DNA of 64,000 nucleotides from Candidatus Bathyarchaeota archaeon (GTDB taxonomy: Archaea; Thermoproteota; Bathyarchaeia; Bathyarchaeales; Bathycorpusculaceae), in NCBI GenBank assembly GCA_963804785.1, contig CAWDRR010000002.1, positions 119,369 to 183,368 of the forward strand, given 5' to 3'. Numbering within the stretch: the stretch's first letter is position 1; each line of letters begins with the position of its first letter. Positions 40,651-50,688 of this stretch are shown here, in pieces. Under the pieces are notes generated by a model. That model was not told where the DNA came from, ran no database searches, and was given only the letters and a program-made list of their open reading frames with translations. The translations under genes and the position numbers were made by a program.

Positions 40651-40696
40651 GATTAATTTATAAACATAAACTATTAATATAGTTTAGTAGTTAAAC
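40651..40696. promoter_or_regulatory. Paired 15-bp operator boxes D
   Basis: GATTAATTTATAAAC (40651) and GTTTAGTAGTTAAAC (40682) flanking AAACTATTAATA. Confidence 0.7.
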
Positions 40697-40740
40697 TATA
40701 GAGTATATAAATTCATCAAAGAAAAATGAGGTAGAAAACA

Positions 40741-41121
40741 ATGACTAAAAGAATAGTAATTCCAACTGAAAACAATTCTGGTTTAGAGGCACATTTAGCC
40801 CAACATTTCGGGAGGGCTCCATACTACACAATTGTAGATTTAGATGAGAAAAACAACAATGTAGGGGTACGAACAGAAGTTAACAAGGGTGAACACGTTG
40901 GGGGTACTGGTCATCCACATGAACATCTCTTAGCCTTAAAGCCGAACATTTTTGTTGTGAAAGGAATGGGGCCTGGATGTTTAAGTAGCCTTCAAAACGC
41001 CGGAATAAATATACTTGAAGCCACTGGATCAACGGTAAATGAGATAGTTGAGTGCTTCAAAGAGGGTAAACTAAACGCCTTAGCGGGCGCATGTGAACAC
41101 GCACAACACCATGAACATTAG
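40741..41121 (+). CDS. NifB/NifX-family protein with His tail
   Basis: IVIPTE, QHFGRAPYY, GMGP, ACEHAQHHEH. Confidence 0.88.
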   Translation: MTKRIVIPTENNSGLEAHLAQHFGRAPYYTIVDLDEKNNNVGVRTEVNKGEHVGGTGHPHEHLLALKPNIFVVKGMGPGCLSSLQNAGINILEATGSTVNEIVECFKEGKLNALAGACEHAQHHEH

Positions 41122-41170
41122 CCGTAAATTTTAAATCACGACTTGAGAGACGAATACTAGGTGAAATGAT

Positions 41171-41587
41171 ATGCCGAAAGTAAAAGCAAAAGCAACATGG
41201 GTTGAAAACGTACATTCAAAGGTTGATAATCAAAGAAACCACAGCGTAGAATGTGACCTCTCGACAGCTGCGGGCGGAACAGATTGCGGTCCAACCGCGC
41301 TTGAGCTTAGCTTGATGGCACTAGCTGATTGCGGCGTGACGATCTTTGCTGACGTTTGCAAGAAAAGCAACATTAAACTCAAAATGGTTGAAGTAACCGC
41401 TGAAGCTGATAAATCGCCTGATTCACCGATAATAAGCGGTGTCACTATGAAAGTCAACGCTTCCTCCGATGCAAGGAAAGAACTACTTGAAGCTGCTTGG
41501 AGAAGAACCGAAGCAAATTGTCCCGTGCTGTTTATTTTTAAAGAGCCAACGTCAGTCAAGGTTGAATTTGAAGGAAAAACGGAATAG
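41171..41587 (+). CDS. OsmC-family protein
   Basis: GGTDCGPTALEL.LMALADC and NCPV. Confidence 0.85.
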   Translation: MPKVKAKATWVENVHSKVDNQRNHSVECDLSTAAGGTDCGPTALELSLMALADCGVTIFADVCKKSNIKLKMVEVTAEADKSPDSPIISGVTMKVNASSDARKELLEAAWRRTEANCPVLFIFKEPTSVKVEFEGKTE

Positions 41588-42142
41588 ATGACTAAAGACC
41601 TGCAAATAAAGGATGCTCTGATAATTTACTGGTCTAAGACTGGCAACACTGAAAAAGTAGCTAATGCAATCAAACAGGGCTTGGAAGAAGCTAGTATTCA
41701 GGTAACTATTAAGAAGCCTGAGGAAGCCGAAGCGCTTGATTATTTTGACTACGATTTAGTTTGCGTGGGTTGTCCTTCGTACTCTTGGCATCCTCCAGAA
41801 CCAATGACAATATTCCTTAAGAAAAAATTTGCTGAATGCCGTCAAAATGGTAAAATCCAGCCTTCCGCTCCAAAAGTTCCAGGCAAAAACGCCCTCGTTT
41901 TTGTAACTTACTCGGGACCACACACAGGAATTGATGAGGCTACCCCTGTTGGCAAAGATATCCGACAATACTTTGAGCACATAGGTTTCAGTGTTATCGA
42001 TGAATGGTATATTCTAAGCGAATTTCACGGCTCAATAGAACACAGCACAATAGGTAGATTGGGTGATATTCGGGGAAAACCTACTGCCGAACAGTTGCAA
42101 GTTATTAAAGATGACTCAAAGCGTATAGGCAAGATGCTTTAA
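41588..42142 (+). CDS. Flavodoxin-like protein
   Basis: IIYWSKTGNTEKVA, GCPSY, TYSGPHTG. Confidence 0.82.
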   Translation: MTKDLQIKDALIIYWSKTGNTEKVANAIKQGLEEASIQVTIKKPEEAEALDYFDYDLVCVGCPSYSWHPPEPMTIFLKKKFAECRQNGKIQPSAPKVPGKNALVFVTYSGPHTGIDEATPVGKDIRQYFEHIGFSVIDEWYILSEFHGSIEHSTIGRLGDIRGKPTAEQLQVIKDDSKRIGKML

Positions 42143-42210
42143 TTCATCCTTTTTTATTTTATCGAATGTTGTAGCGAAAACAATTTTAGGCTTCCTATCT
42201 TGATAAATAC

Positions 42211-42573
42211 TTGTTTGTGGTTATTTTGGCTAAAACTCAGAATAGTTGCAACGCCGAAGAAGCTCAAAAAATTCTAAGCTCAGTTCCTTATAGTCAAGGT
42301 TTCCACTTCTTCATGAACGATGGCCATTATACCGGTGAAACAGCAATGTCTCTATGTTCATTTTTAAGAGATCTTGGAAGCGTTGATATGCAATCAATCA
42401 AATTCCACTTTGACCGCGGTGACTTCCAGAAGTGGATAAGAAATACAGTCGGCGATGAGGGACTCGCCAGAATAATAGATGAATTAGACAAAAAAATTCC
42501 CGAAGAAAAACTCCCAGAAGAATTAGCAGACATTTTGCAAAAACGAATTTCAGAATTGCAGTCAACACATTAA
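42211..42573 (+). CDS. DUF5752-like protein, second copy
   Basis: GFHFF..G.YTGE.A.SL..F..SIKFHFDRGDFQKWI..T.GD. Confidence 0.75.
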   Translation: MFVVILAKTQNSCNAEEAQKILSSVPYSQGFHFFMNDGHYTGETAMSLCSFLRDLGSVDMQSIKFHFDRGDFQKWIRNTVGDEGLARIIDELDKKIPEEKLPEELADILQKRISELQSTH

Positions 42574-42629
42574 ATCATGCTGATTGCAATTTTTATAAAC
42601 AAGTCACGTTTTTTTGGATATTTAGAATT

Positions 42630-43010
42630 TCAAGTGCTTTTTGTTTCCCATTTTGTAAAGTAAATTTTGCCATCTTCTCTAAAAGCACAGAGTAGTTCGC
42701 AGTGCCTAAAGAAAGCAAACTCTTGCTCTAAATGGTCTGGTTTTACATTTAGGATCTTGACCAAATCTTCCTTTGTGATTTTCACATAATTCTCTACAGT
42801 ATTGTATATTTTTTGCTGTAACTCAGTTAAGCCTGCACTGCCTGATTGGCCTAATTGTTTTCGCACAGACAAGGCTGATGAAACAGCCATTGGGTCACAA
42901 GCTTTTGGAGGGTTAGTTTCATACATGTAGCAGTCTTCGCATAAGGCTCTGCCGTGGAGGTCATAGGTTTCTCCTTCCTTTAGAAACGATTTGCAGCGTT
43001 CATATTCCAT
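42630..43010 (-). CDS. Hypothetical protein: Zn-finger-like N-terminus plus winged-helix-like C-terminus
   Basis: LHGRALCEDCYM, CDPMAV, LTELQQKIY, FRHCELL. Confidence 0.65.
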   Translation of the reverse strand: MEYERCKSFLKEGETYDLHGRALCEDCYMYETNPPKACDPMAVSSALSVRKQLGQSGSAGLTELQQKIYNTVENYVKITKEDLVKILNVKPDHLEQEFAFFRHCELLCAFREDGKIYFTKWETKST

Positions 43011-43063
43011 TTATTCTCGCCATTATGTTCTTTCTTTACTTTCTTCTCTCACTTTTGTATTTT

Positions 43064-43447
43064 TTACTCTTGTTTTAAATGTTTTTTAAAGTCAGATTCG
43101 AAGCTGTCTAATAATGCTTTAAGACTCTCAGTGATATCTCTTACTCGTTCTAGAGCGTGTTTTTTAATGGTTTCTGCGTCGAGCATAGAGTAAGTGTGGT
43201 AGTATCCTCCACATTTGATTGATTTTGACTGCTTTGTTACTAAATTTATGCTTACTAGTTTAGAAAGACAACGGTGTACTGAGCTTCGATCCTTTTGCAC
43301 TATCTTTGCTATCTCGTTAAGGGTTGCGTCTTCATTTTTTGCCAGGGTAAGCAGGACTTCAAGGTCTGAGGGTTTCAGGTTGTATAGACAAATTAATAAG
43401 TCGGTGCAGGAGGCGCCTTTTTTTGTTAGTAGGTTAATGCTTTCCAT
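43064..43447 (-). CDS. TrmB-like HTH regulator (COG3355 type)
   Basis: CTDLLICLYNL, DRSSVHRCLSKL, GGYYHTY. Confidence 0.82.
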   Translation of the reverse strand: MESINLLTKKGASCTDLLICLYNLKPSDLEVLLTLAKNEDATLNEIAKIVQKDRSSVHRCLSKLVSINLVTKQSKSIKCGGYYHTYSMLDAETIKKHALERVRDITESLKALLDSFESDFKKHLKQE

Positions 43448-43488
43448 AAGAAGTGATTATTAGTTCTACCATATAAATGGTATTGTTT

Positions 43489-43503
43489 GGTATTGACAAT
43501 ACC
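43489..43503. promoter_or_regulatory. Perfect palindrome GGTATTG-A-CAATACC, candidate operator
   Basis: Between the divergent HTH regulator and the thioredoxin operon; extra GGTATTG half-site at 43479. Confidence 0.5.
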
Positions 43504-43555
43504 GTAAGATATATTTGGAAGAGAACTGCATTCTTACTTCATAGGAAGTGTATTG

Positions 43556-43663
43556 ATGCAGAAAAAAATTGAATGCCCCCGCAGTATCCCTGAAGAACTA
43601 TGTGACCACTCTCCAACCTGCAAAGTCTGGGTGGCAAGACTGCACTCTCAAAAACAAGCTTAA
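43556..43663 (+). CDS. 35-aa three-Cys microprotein (not in ORF track)
   Basis: MQKKIECPRSIPEELCDHSPTCKVWVARLHSQKQA after AGGAAGTG. Confidence 0.45.
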   Translation: MQKKIECPRSIPEELCDHSPTCKVWVARLHSQKQA

Positions 43664-43699
43664 AATCCCCAAAAAAAAGAAAATAAAGGTAGTTAATGC

Positions 43700-44125
43700 A
43701 TGTTTGAGGAAAATGAATTAGAACAAATAAGAATCAAAAAAATTCAAACCATGCTAGATGCTGTCAAAAAAGGTCAAACACCAATAAGAAAACAACCAAT
43801 ACTTCTAACTGATGGCAACTTTTCAGCTGCAGTCGCAACAAATAGACTCCTATTTGTTGATTTTTGGGCTCCGTGGTGTGGTCCTTGTCGAATGGTTGGT
43901 CCCATAATAGAGCAACTTGCAGTTGAATATTCTGGAAAAGTAGCATTTGGAAAGATGAACGTTGACGAAAACCAGAAGGTCCCAAGCGCTCTTGGAATCA
44001 TGAGCATACCAACTATAGTCATTTTCAATAAAGGCAAAGAGGTTGAACGAATAATCGGTGCTTATCCCAAAGTGCACATCGAATCTACATTCAAACGTTA
44101 CATAGAAAACAGAAATCAGACTTAA
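43700..44125 (+). CDS. trxA: Thioredoxin
   Basis: DFWAPWCGPC, NVDEN, SIPT. Confidence 0.95.
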   Translation: MFEENELEQIRIKKIQTMLDAVKKGQTPIRKQPILLTDGNFSAAVATNRLLFVDFWAPWCGPCRMVGPIIEQLAVEYSGKVAFGKMNVDENQKVPSALGIMSIPTIVIFNKGKEVERIIGAYPKVHIESTFKRYIENRNQT

Positions 44126-44136
44126 CGGATGTAATC

Positions 44137-44616
44137 ATGTCAACTATAGAAGAAAAGATCGAAACAACAAAATCTCGACTTGCATCTGGCAATCTGCTTG
44201 CTGCCATATGGATTATTATAGGAACAGTTGGCTGCTGGTTAGTCAATCCTTTGATTGGATGGCTTTTCTTAGGTTTTTCCACATTCGTAATCTTAATCAT
44301 AATTCGAAGAATGCTTTGCAATTCATGCTATTACTGCAAATCCTGCACAAAAGGATTCGCCAAACTATCAATTCTCTTTCTGGGCACTAATCGTATTCCA
44401 GGCTTAAATAAAGGATCAATACTTAGCATGACAGCTGCAATCTTTGTAATCCTTTCAGTTATTCCCGGTTTGTTGATTGCAAGCTCTATATTGCAGGGAT
44501 TTACCTTACTCAAGTTCTTAGCATTAACTTGCCTTATTGCAATTACGTTGTACGCTGTTGGAAGTAGATTGAAAAATGGCAATCGTAACTTGTGGAAGCT
44601 TGAAGCTACAAAGTGA
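44137..44616 (+). CDS. Membrane protein with CxxCxxCxxC motif
   Basis: About 4 TM segments with the loop RRMLCNSCYYCKSCTKG. Confidence 0.7.
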   Translation: MSTIEEKIETTKSRLASGNLLAAIWIIIGTVGCWLVNPLIGWLFLGFSTFVILIIIRRMLCNSCYYCKSCTKGFAKLSILFLGTNRIPGLNKGSILSMTAAIFVILSVIPGLLIASSILQGFTLLKFLALTCLIAITLYAVGSRLKNGNRNLWKLEATK

Positions 44617-44622
44617 CGACAA

Positions 44623-44817
44623 ATGCATAAGGCCTTAATTGACCCAAATGCATGTCTTCGATGTTTTGAGTGCCAAGCGGCAAAAGCATGTTCCCTCAAA
44701 GCTATTTTTCGAATTGACGGCAACGACCCAAATTTTGTTGACCCAAAATATTGTCGCGGATGCGGTGATTGTATTTCAAAATGCAGCGCCAATGCAATTA
44801 AATTAAAAACTAGTTAA
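44623..44817 (+). CDS. Small 4Fe-4S dicluster ferredoxin
   Basis: CLRCFECQAAKAC and CRGCGDCISKC. Confidence 0.85.
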   Translation: MHKALIDPNACLRCFECQAAKACSLKAIFRIDGNDPNFVDPKYCRGCGDCISKCSANAIKLKTS

Positions 44818-44956
44818 GTTTAGGTTCCACGAACCTTGTCATTTTGATGCTTCTCGTAAAATGCATTTGGGCCTATCAAAAAATAGAGGGAAAATATTAG
44901 TTTTTGTTCTTTTCAATAGGTAGATGATTATAAATTGCAGAATTCTTGCGATGTTT

Positions 44957-45241
44957 CTATAGCATTTTCGCAACTTCACTCAGTGGTTTAACGGGTCTTA
45001 CATCAACATTCATTTGGCCAAAGAATTTCTTGATTGTTTCCGGGTTCTGTGCGTCTATCGTAAAGAAACCTTTGTGGTCTACGGCTGTATCTTGAGGGCA
45101 GCTCATGTAGGCAGCTACTATGTTAATTCCAGCGTTTTTTATGTTCTGCTCTGAGAAAAGCTGCTTGAGTATGGCTTTTCCTTCAGTACTCAGAAGGGGA
45201 CATTGTGCAGCTGGATGAGAATGTGTAGCTTCAAATAACAA
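44957..45241 (-). CDS. Hypothetical protein
   Basis: GGAGGTGA SD before TTG; HSHPAAQCP, MSC and DHKGFF motifs. Confidence 0.65.
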   Translation of the reverse strand: MLFEATHSHPAAQCPLLSTEGKAILKQLFSEQNIKNAGINIVAAYMSCPQDTAVDHKGFFTIDAQNPETIKKFFGQMNVDVRPVKPLSEVAKML

Positions 45242-45462
45242 GATTATCACCTCCTTTTTCGGTCTTCAAAAATTAGAGTTCTTATATTGCTAAAGGTCTT
45301 TAATCATTTAAAACTTTTCTAGGCACGTTAGGTCTAATTTGATGAGAGGTGAGTAAGGTTAAAAACTCCCATTTTAAAATAATAATATTAAATCTTGGAA
45401 CCATAGACAATATATTCGAGTTTTTGCTTAAGAAAACGCAGTAAACTTTGAGGTTATTTTAT

Positions 45463-46227
45463 ATGAAAACTTTGGTTACAGTTGGTCGCGGTGGAACAGG
45501 AAAATCCAGCTTCACTGCTTTAATGGCTAAAAACTTCATTGAGGCAGGACAGGCACCTTTACTGTTGGTTGATGCAGACCCAGACCAGAATCTGGGTGAA
45601 ATGATTGGAATAGACCTTAAAGAAGTGGGAAAATCTACAATAGCTGACCTTATCGTGAGCACTTTTATTGAAAAGGGAGGCACTACGGTCGGCGTTCCGC
45701 CAAGAGAACGCATCGAAAGTCGCATTTGGGAAAACGGTCTCTATGAAAGCAAAAGCTTTGATTTCCTTTCAGTTGGCACCAAATGGGTTGAAGGGTGCTA
45801 TTGCATGCCCAACTCCGCCTTAAAAGCTGCTTTGGAATCGTTGACTAAAAACTACAAGTACGTACTCGTTGATTCTCCAGCAGGCCTTGAAAATTTGAAC
45901 AGACGAATCACCTCGGATGTTAACGATATCTTTGATATTCTTGATCATTCAAAAAAATCACAAGATCACGTAAAAAGAGCAGTTAAAATAGCTAAAGAAG
46001 TTGACATGAAATTTGAAAACTTTTACCTTATAGGTGGTTACCGTTTTCCCGCAGAACTGGGAAAGCAGGCGGAAGCTGACTTGAAATACAAGTATTTGGG
46101 CAAAATTGAAGCGGATGATCAACTTGATGAGTTTGTTTTGAATGGAAAGTCCCTGCTTGACCTGCCAAATGACAACAAAGCCTACCTTTCAGTTAAAGAA
46201 ATCCTCAAATCTTTGGGTTATTTATAA
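45463..46227 (+). CDS. CooC/AcsF-family Ni-insertion ATPase for ACDS
   Basis: GRGGTGKS, DADPDQNL, EGCYCMPN, DSPAGLE; directly upstream of the cdh operon. Confidence 0.88.
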   Translation: MKTLVTVGRGGTGKSSFTALMAKNFIEAGQAPLLLVDADPDQNLGEMIGIDLKEVGKSTIADLIVSTFIEKGGTTVGVPPRERIESRIWENGLYESKSFDFLSVGTKWVEGCYCMPNSALKAALESLTKNYKYVLVDSPAGLENLNRRITSDVNDIFDILDHSKKSQDHVKRAVKIAKEVDMKFENFYLIGGYRFPAELGKQAEADLKYKYLGKIEADDQLDEFVLNGKSLLDLPNDNKAYLSVKEILKSLGYL

Positions 46228-46364
46228 TCCCGAAGTCTTTTACATAATTTTTTGAAAATCTTTCATATCTATAGTTGTATCATGACTTTTGTCCAAAAAA
46301 TCTGGAAAGGTTTAAAAGGTCTGTAATGCAGCATAGACTGTAAACCTTTACAGAGGTTTCACAT

Positions 46365-48716
46365 TTGACAAGTAAAAACGTCCATATAAAAATTGACGAA
46401 ATGAAGACCGGTAGCGGTCTCATTAAAAATCTTGAATTATCCATCGGTAAGGTTATGAATGACAACTATAACGAGCCGATGGGTCCAACCCCAATGCCCT
46501 CCTTGACAGCCCTCCGGGATTGGGACATGAAGCTTCTCACTAAGTACAAGCCCTTCTACATGCCCGACTGCGATCTTTGCTGTCTTTGCACTTTTGGCAA
46601 ATGCGATTTAACAGCTGGAAAACGTGGTGCATGCGGATTAGACATAGCAACCCAATCATCTCGTATTGTGATGTTAGCTTGTGCAATTGGAGCAGCCTGC
46701 CACACAGCCCACTCACGCCATCTTCTTCACTCCTTAATTGAAAAGTATGGTCGCAGGTACCCCTTAGACGTCGGCGGATTAAACATAAAAGTTGAAGCAC
46801 CCGTCAGTCGTCTCGTTACTGGCATAAAACCTGAAACACTCGGTGACTTAGATGATATTTTAACTTATACTGAAGAGCAAATTACCCAAGTTCTTGCAGT
46901 TGGACACACCGGCCAAGAAGGCAGCAACTTAGACTTTGAATCCAAAGCCATGCATGTCGGTATGATTGACCATGTAGGAATGGAAGTTGGCGATATCGCC
47001 CAAATTTCCGCTTTAGGTTTTCCAAAAGCTGACCCTGAAGCACCACTCGTAAAACTTGGTATCGCAAGCGTTGACCGAACCAAACCAGTAGTAATGTGCA
47101 TCGGTCACAACGTTATGCCCTCAGTCGGAATAATTGACTACGCAAAAGAAAACAAAGTTGACGACAAAATCGAAGTAGTCGGTCTTATGCTGCACAGCAC
47201 ATGATATGACACGGTACTATAATCGGGCCAGAATTGTTGGCCCAATCAGCTGGGAACTTAGATTTATCCGTGCAGGATTAGCAGACGTAGTCGTACTCGA
47301 CGAACAATGTATCAGAACAGATGTTTACGAAGAAGCAGGCAAAGTTGATTCTCCAGTAATCGCAGCGTCAGAAAAGAACTGCATGGGCTTCAAAAACCGT
47401 ACAAATGATTCAGCAGACGAAATTGTCGCTGACCTCGTGAGCGGCAAAGTCAAAGGCGTCCTGATTCTTGACCCAGAAAAAGTCGGCGAAGTCGCAGTCC
47501 GTGTAGCACAAAAAGTTGCTCCAATACGCAAGAGAAAGAACGTCCTTCCAAGCTTAGAGGAACTCACACAAATCGCAAAGACCTGCACACAATGCAGTAA
47601 ATGTCAACGCAACTGCCCACAAGACTATGCCATTCCCGCAGCCATGAAAGCAGCAGCCCAAGGTGATATAACACTGCTAACTGATCTTTATGAGACCTGT
47701 ATTGGATGCGGAAGATGCGAAGAAGCGTGCCCACAAAAAATCATGATTCACAGCCTAATCATTAAAGCCGGCGAAAAATCCATGGAATGCGAAGATAACC
47801 TGTGTCGAGTTGGCAGAGGTGCAGTCTCAGACGTCGAAATCCGCAACGTTGGTAGCCCAATCGTCCTTGGAGAAATTCCAGGAATCGTAGCAGTTGTAGG
47901 TTGCAGCAATTATCCAAAAGGCGGCAAAGACGTATACGACATATGCAGAGAATTTGCAAGCAGAAGATACATCGTTGTACTCTCAGGCTGCTCAGCCATG
48001 TCCGCAGGCAGCTACCGCAACAGTGAAGGCAAAACACTCTACGAAGAATTCCCAGGCGGATTCGAAGCTGGAGGAGTGCTAAACGTCGGCTCATGCGTCG
48101 CAAACAGCCACATCGCAGGTGCAGCAATCAAAGTAGCAAACATCTTCGCAAAACGCTCACTAAGAGGCAACTACGAGGAAATCGCAGATTACATCCACAA
48201 CCGCTTAGGTGCAGTCGGCTTAGCTTGGGGTGCATACTCACAGAAAGCCGCATCAATTGGCGCAGGATTCTGGCGCTTAGGTGTACCAGTACTCGTCGGT
48301 CCACACGGTGTTAAATACCGCCGTATGCTCCTTGGCAGAAAAGAAGACCCATCAAACTGGGAAGTCCTCGATGCACGCACAGGCGAAAAAGTTAACGTTG
48401 GACCAGCACCAGAACACCTCTTCAACATGGCTGAAACCAAAGAAGAATGTATGGTTGCAATCGCAAAACTCTGCATCAGACCCAACGACACATGGAAAGG
48501 ACGCAGCATAAAACTTAGCCACTACGTCGACTTAAGCAAACGTTACCTCGGAGTCATGCCAAACGACCTACACCTGTACGTGAGAACAATGGCTGATGTC
48601 CCAATGACCATGAAAGACGAATTCGCAAAAATTCTTGGCAGACAAACAACTGGAAAGAAACAGTAATTCCGGACCCAACCTTGCTTCCAAGAATGGTCCG
48701 TAAAATGAAGGAGTAA
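46365..48716 (+). CDS. cdhA: ACDS alpha subunit, operon copy (apparent frameshifts at ~47184 and ~48636-48648)
   Basis: Collinear and highly similar to 37552-39906; ends IPDPTLLPRMVRKMKE. Confidence 0.92.
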
Positions 48717-48731
48717 ACGGAGGAAAAAAAT

Positions 48732-49274
48732 ATGTCCTGTGAACCATGGCAATGTGCAGAAATAGCAGCAACTAAAAAAGCAAACCCCATAACTAAACCC
48801 GAGATAGCAGTAGCAATGATCAAAAGAGCCCAACGTCCCCTTCTCATTGTGGGAAGCAACGCCACTGAAAGGTATATGGAAGGCAAACAACTAATCGAAT
48901 ACCTAATTGAATTCGCTAATGCCTCCAAAGTACCAGTAGTCGCAACCGCCCACATGGTTGGCGAATTCATAAAACGCGGATACCAACCAGCAGCATTCAT
49001 GAATGCAATGGAAATCGGCCAAAGAGTAGTTGACCCAGAATGGATGGGACTCGACGGCAAAGGACATCCAGACCTAGTTTTGTTGGTTGGGTTACCTTAC
49101 TACGTTGAATCATTGATGCTCTCAGGAATGAAACACTTTGCACCAGACCTAAAAACCATGACTCTCGACAACCTATTCCATGTCCACGCAAGCTGGTCTT
49201 TCCCAAATGCAACCCTTGAAGAATGGGCTGCAAATCTCAAAGTAATGACCTCAAAATTTAATGGAGGAAATTAA
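48732..49274 (+). CDS. cdhB: ACDS epsilon subunit, copy 2
   Basis: Close paralogue of 39913-40452. Confidence 0.92.
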   Translation: MSCEPWQCAEIAATKKANPITKPEIAVAMIKRAQRPLLIVGSNATERYMEGKQLIEYLIEFANASKVPVVATAHMVGEFIKRGYQPAAFMNAMEIGQRVVDPEWMGLDGKGHPDLVLLVGLPYYVESLMLSGMKHFAPDLKTMTLDNLFHVHASWSFPNATLEEWAANLKVMTSKFNGGN

Positions 49275-49277
49275 AAA

Positions 49278-50688
49278 ATGTCAATGTTTAAAGATATACC
49301 TGTTGAAGTTGGCGTAATCTACGAAGGAGAACGTATCCGAAGAAATGATATGCAAGTAGAACTTGGCGGTCCAACAGTCAAGCAAAAGTTTGAACTTGCA
49401 AAAGTAAAACCCATGAATGAAATCGAAGATGGAAAAGTAACCATCATCGGTCCAGACCTAAAAGATATGAAAGAAGGCGGCGCATTTCCTTTCGGTATCC
49501 TTGTTGAAGCTGCAGGCGCAAAACTCGACGCAGGCCTTGAAGGTGTCATTGAAAGACGCATACACGGCTACCTAAACTACATCGAAGGCTTCATGCACCT
49601 AAACCAGCGCTACGACATCTGGATACGAATAGGCAAGAAATCCTTCCAGAAAGGCTTAAACAGCTTTGACTCAATCGGCAAAGTTCTCTACAGACTCTTC
49701 AAGAGCGAACTACCAATCATCGAGAAAGTACAAATTACCTTCATAACAGACCCAGCAAAACTTGACGAAATGACCCCTGAAGCAATGCAAGCATACGAAT
49801 CACGCGACGCAAAAGCAAGAGGATTAAAAGACTCAGAAGTCGACACATTCTACGGATGTGCACTATGCCAATCATTCGCACCAAGCCACGTCTGTGTCAT
49901 CACACCACAAAGATACAGCAACTGCGGTGCAATCAGCTGGTTTGACGGTAAAGCCTCAGCAAGCATCGATCCTAAGGGTCCAGTCTTCGCAATTCCAAGA
50001 GGCGAAATGATCAACGAAGAGAAAGGCGAATTCAGCGGTGTCAACGAAGCAGCCAAGAAACGCAGCATGGGCGAAGTTAACCAAGTCTGGCTCTACACAG
50101 CATTTGACCACCCACACACTTCATGCGGATGCTTCGAAGCAGTAACCTTCTACATCCCAGAAGTCGACGGATTAGGCGTCGTTCAAAGAAACTTCAAAGG
50201 TGCAACAGTAAACGGCTTACCATTCAGCACCTTGGCAGACTCCGCAGCAGGCGGACGACAAATCGACGGATTCCACGGAATGTCCATCGAATACATGCGA
50301 AGCACGAAATTCTTCGCAGCAGACGGTGGATGGAACCGCATCGTTTGGGTACCTAAAGAAGTTAAAGAAAAAGTAAAAGACTTCATACCAAAAGACATCG
50401 TTGACAAAATCGCCACAGAAGAAGACGCAAAGAACGTTGATGAACTAAAAGCATTCCTAAAGGAAAAGAACCACCCAGTCGTCGCTAAGATGGGAAACAG
50501 AAGCACCAGCAGCAGAAACACAAGCCATCACAGTTAACGAAGAAGCAGCAGGCACCATGATGCCAGTTGCAACAGCAGGTTCACTTCCAATAATGGCCGG
50601 CGGATTCAAAATCATACTCAAAGACGCAAAAATCTACGCAAACAAAGTCATCATCACAACCGTCAAAGACAACAAAGACAAACGGTGA
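49278..50688 (+). CDS. cdhC: ACDS beta subunit, acetyl-CoA synthase (apparent frameshift at ~50490)
   Basis: YEGERIR, FYGCALCQSFAP.HVC, HTSCGCFE, GGW.RIVW; tail GGFKIILKDAKIYA in the next frame. Confidence 0.93.

Noticed and set aside
30558-41121. NifX-like genes as evidence of nitrogen fixation
   Set aside because: No nifHDK in the window; the domain is widespread in non-diazotrophic anaerobes.
42586-42600. Extra regulon box GCAATTTTTATAAAC (also GCTTTCTTTATAAAC at 15179)
   Set aside because: Half-sites only, with no partner 31 bp away; one lies between convergent genes and the other is probably just a TATA box.
47202-47204. TGA at the end of the first cdhA fragment as selenocysteine
   Set aside because: It lies in the shifted frame after the insertion at ~47184; the true frame reads LCCTAHDMTRY.
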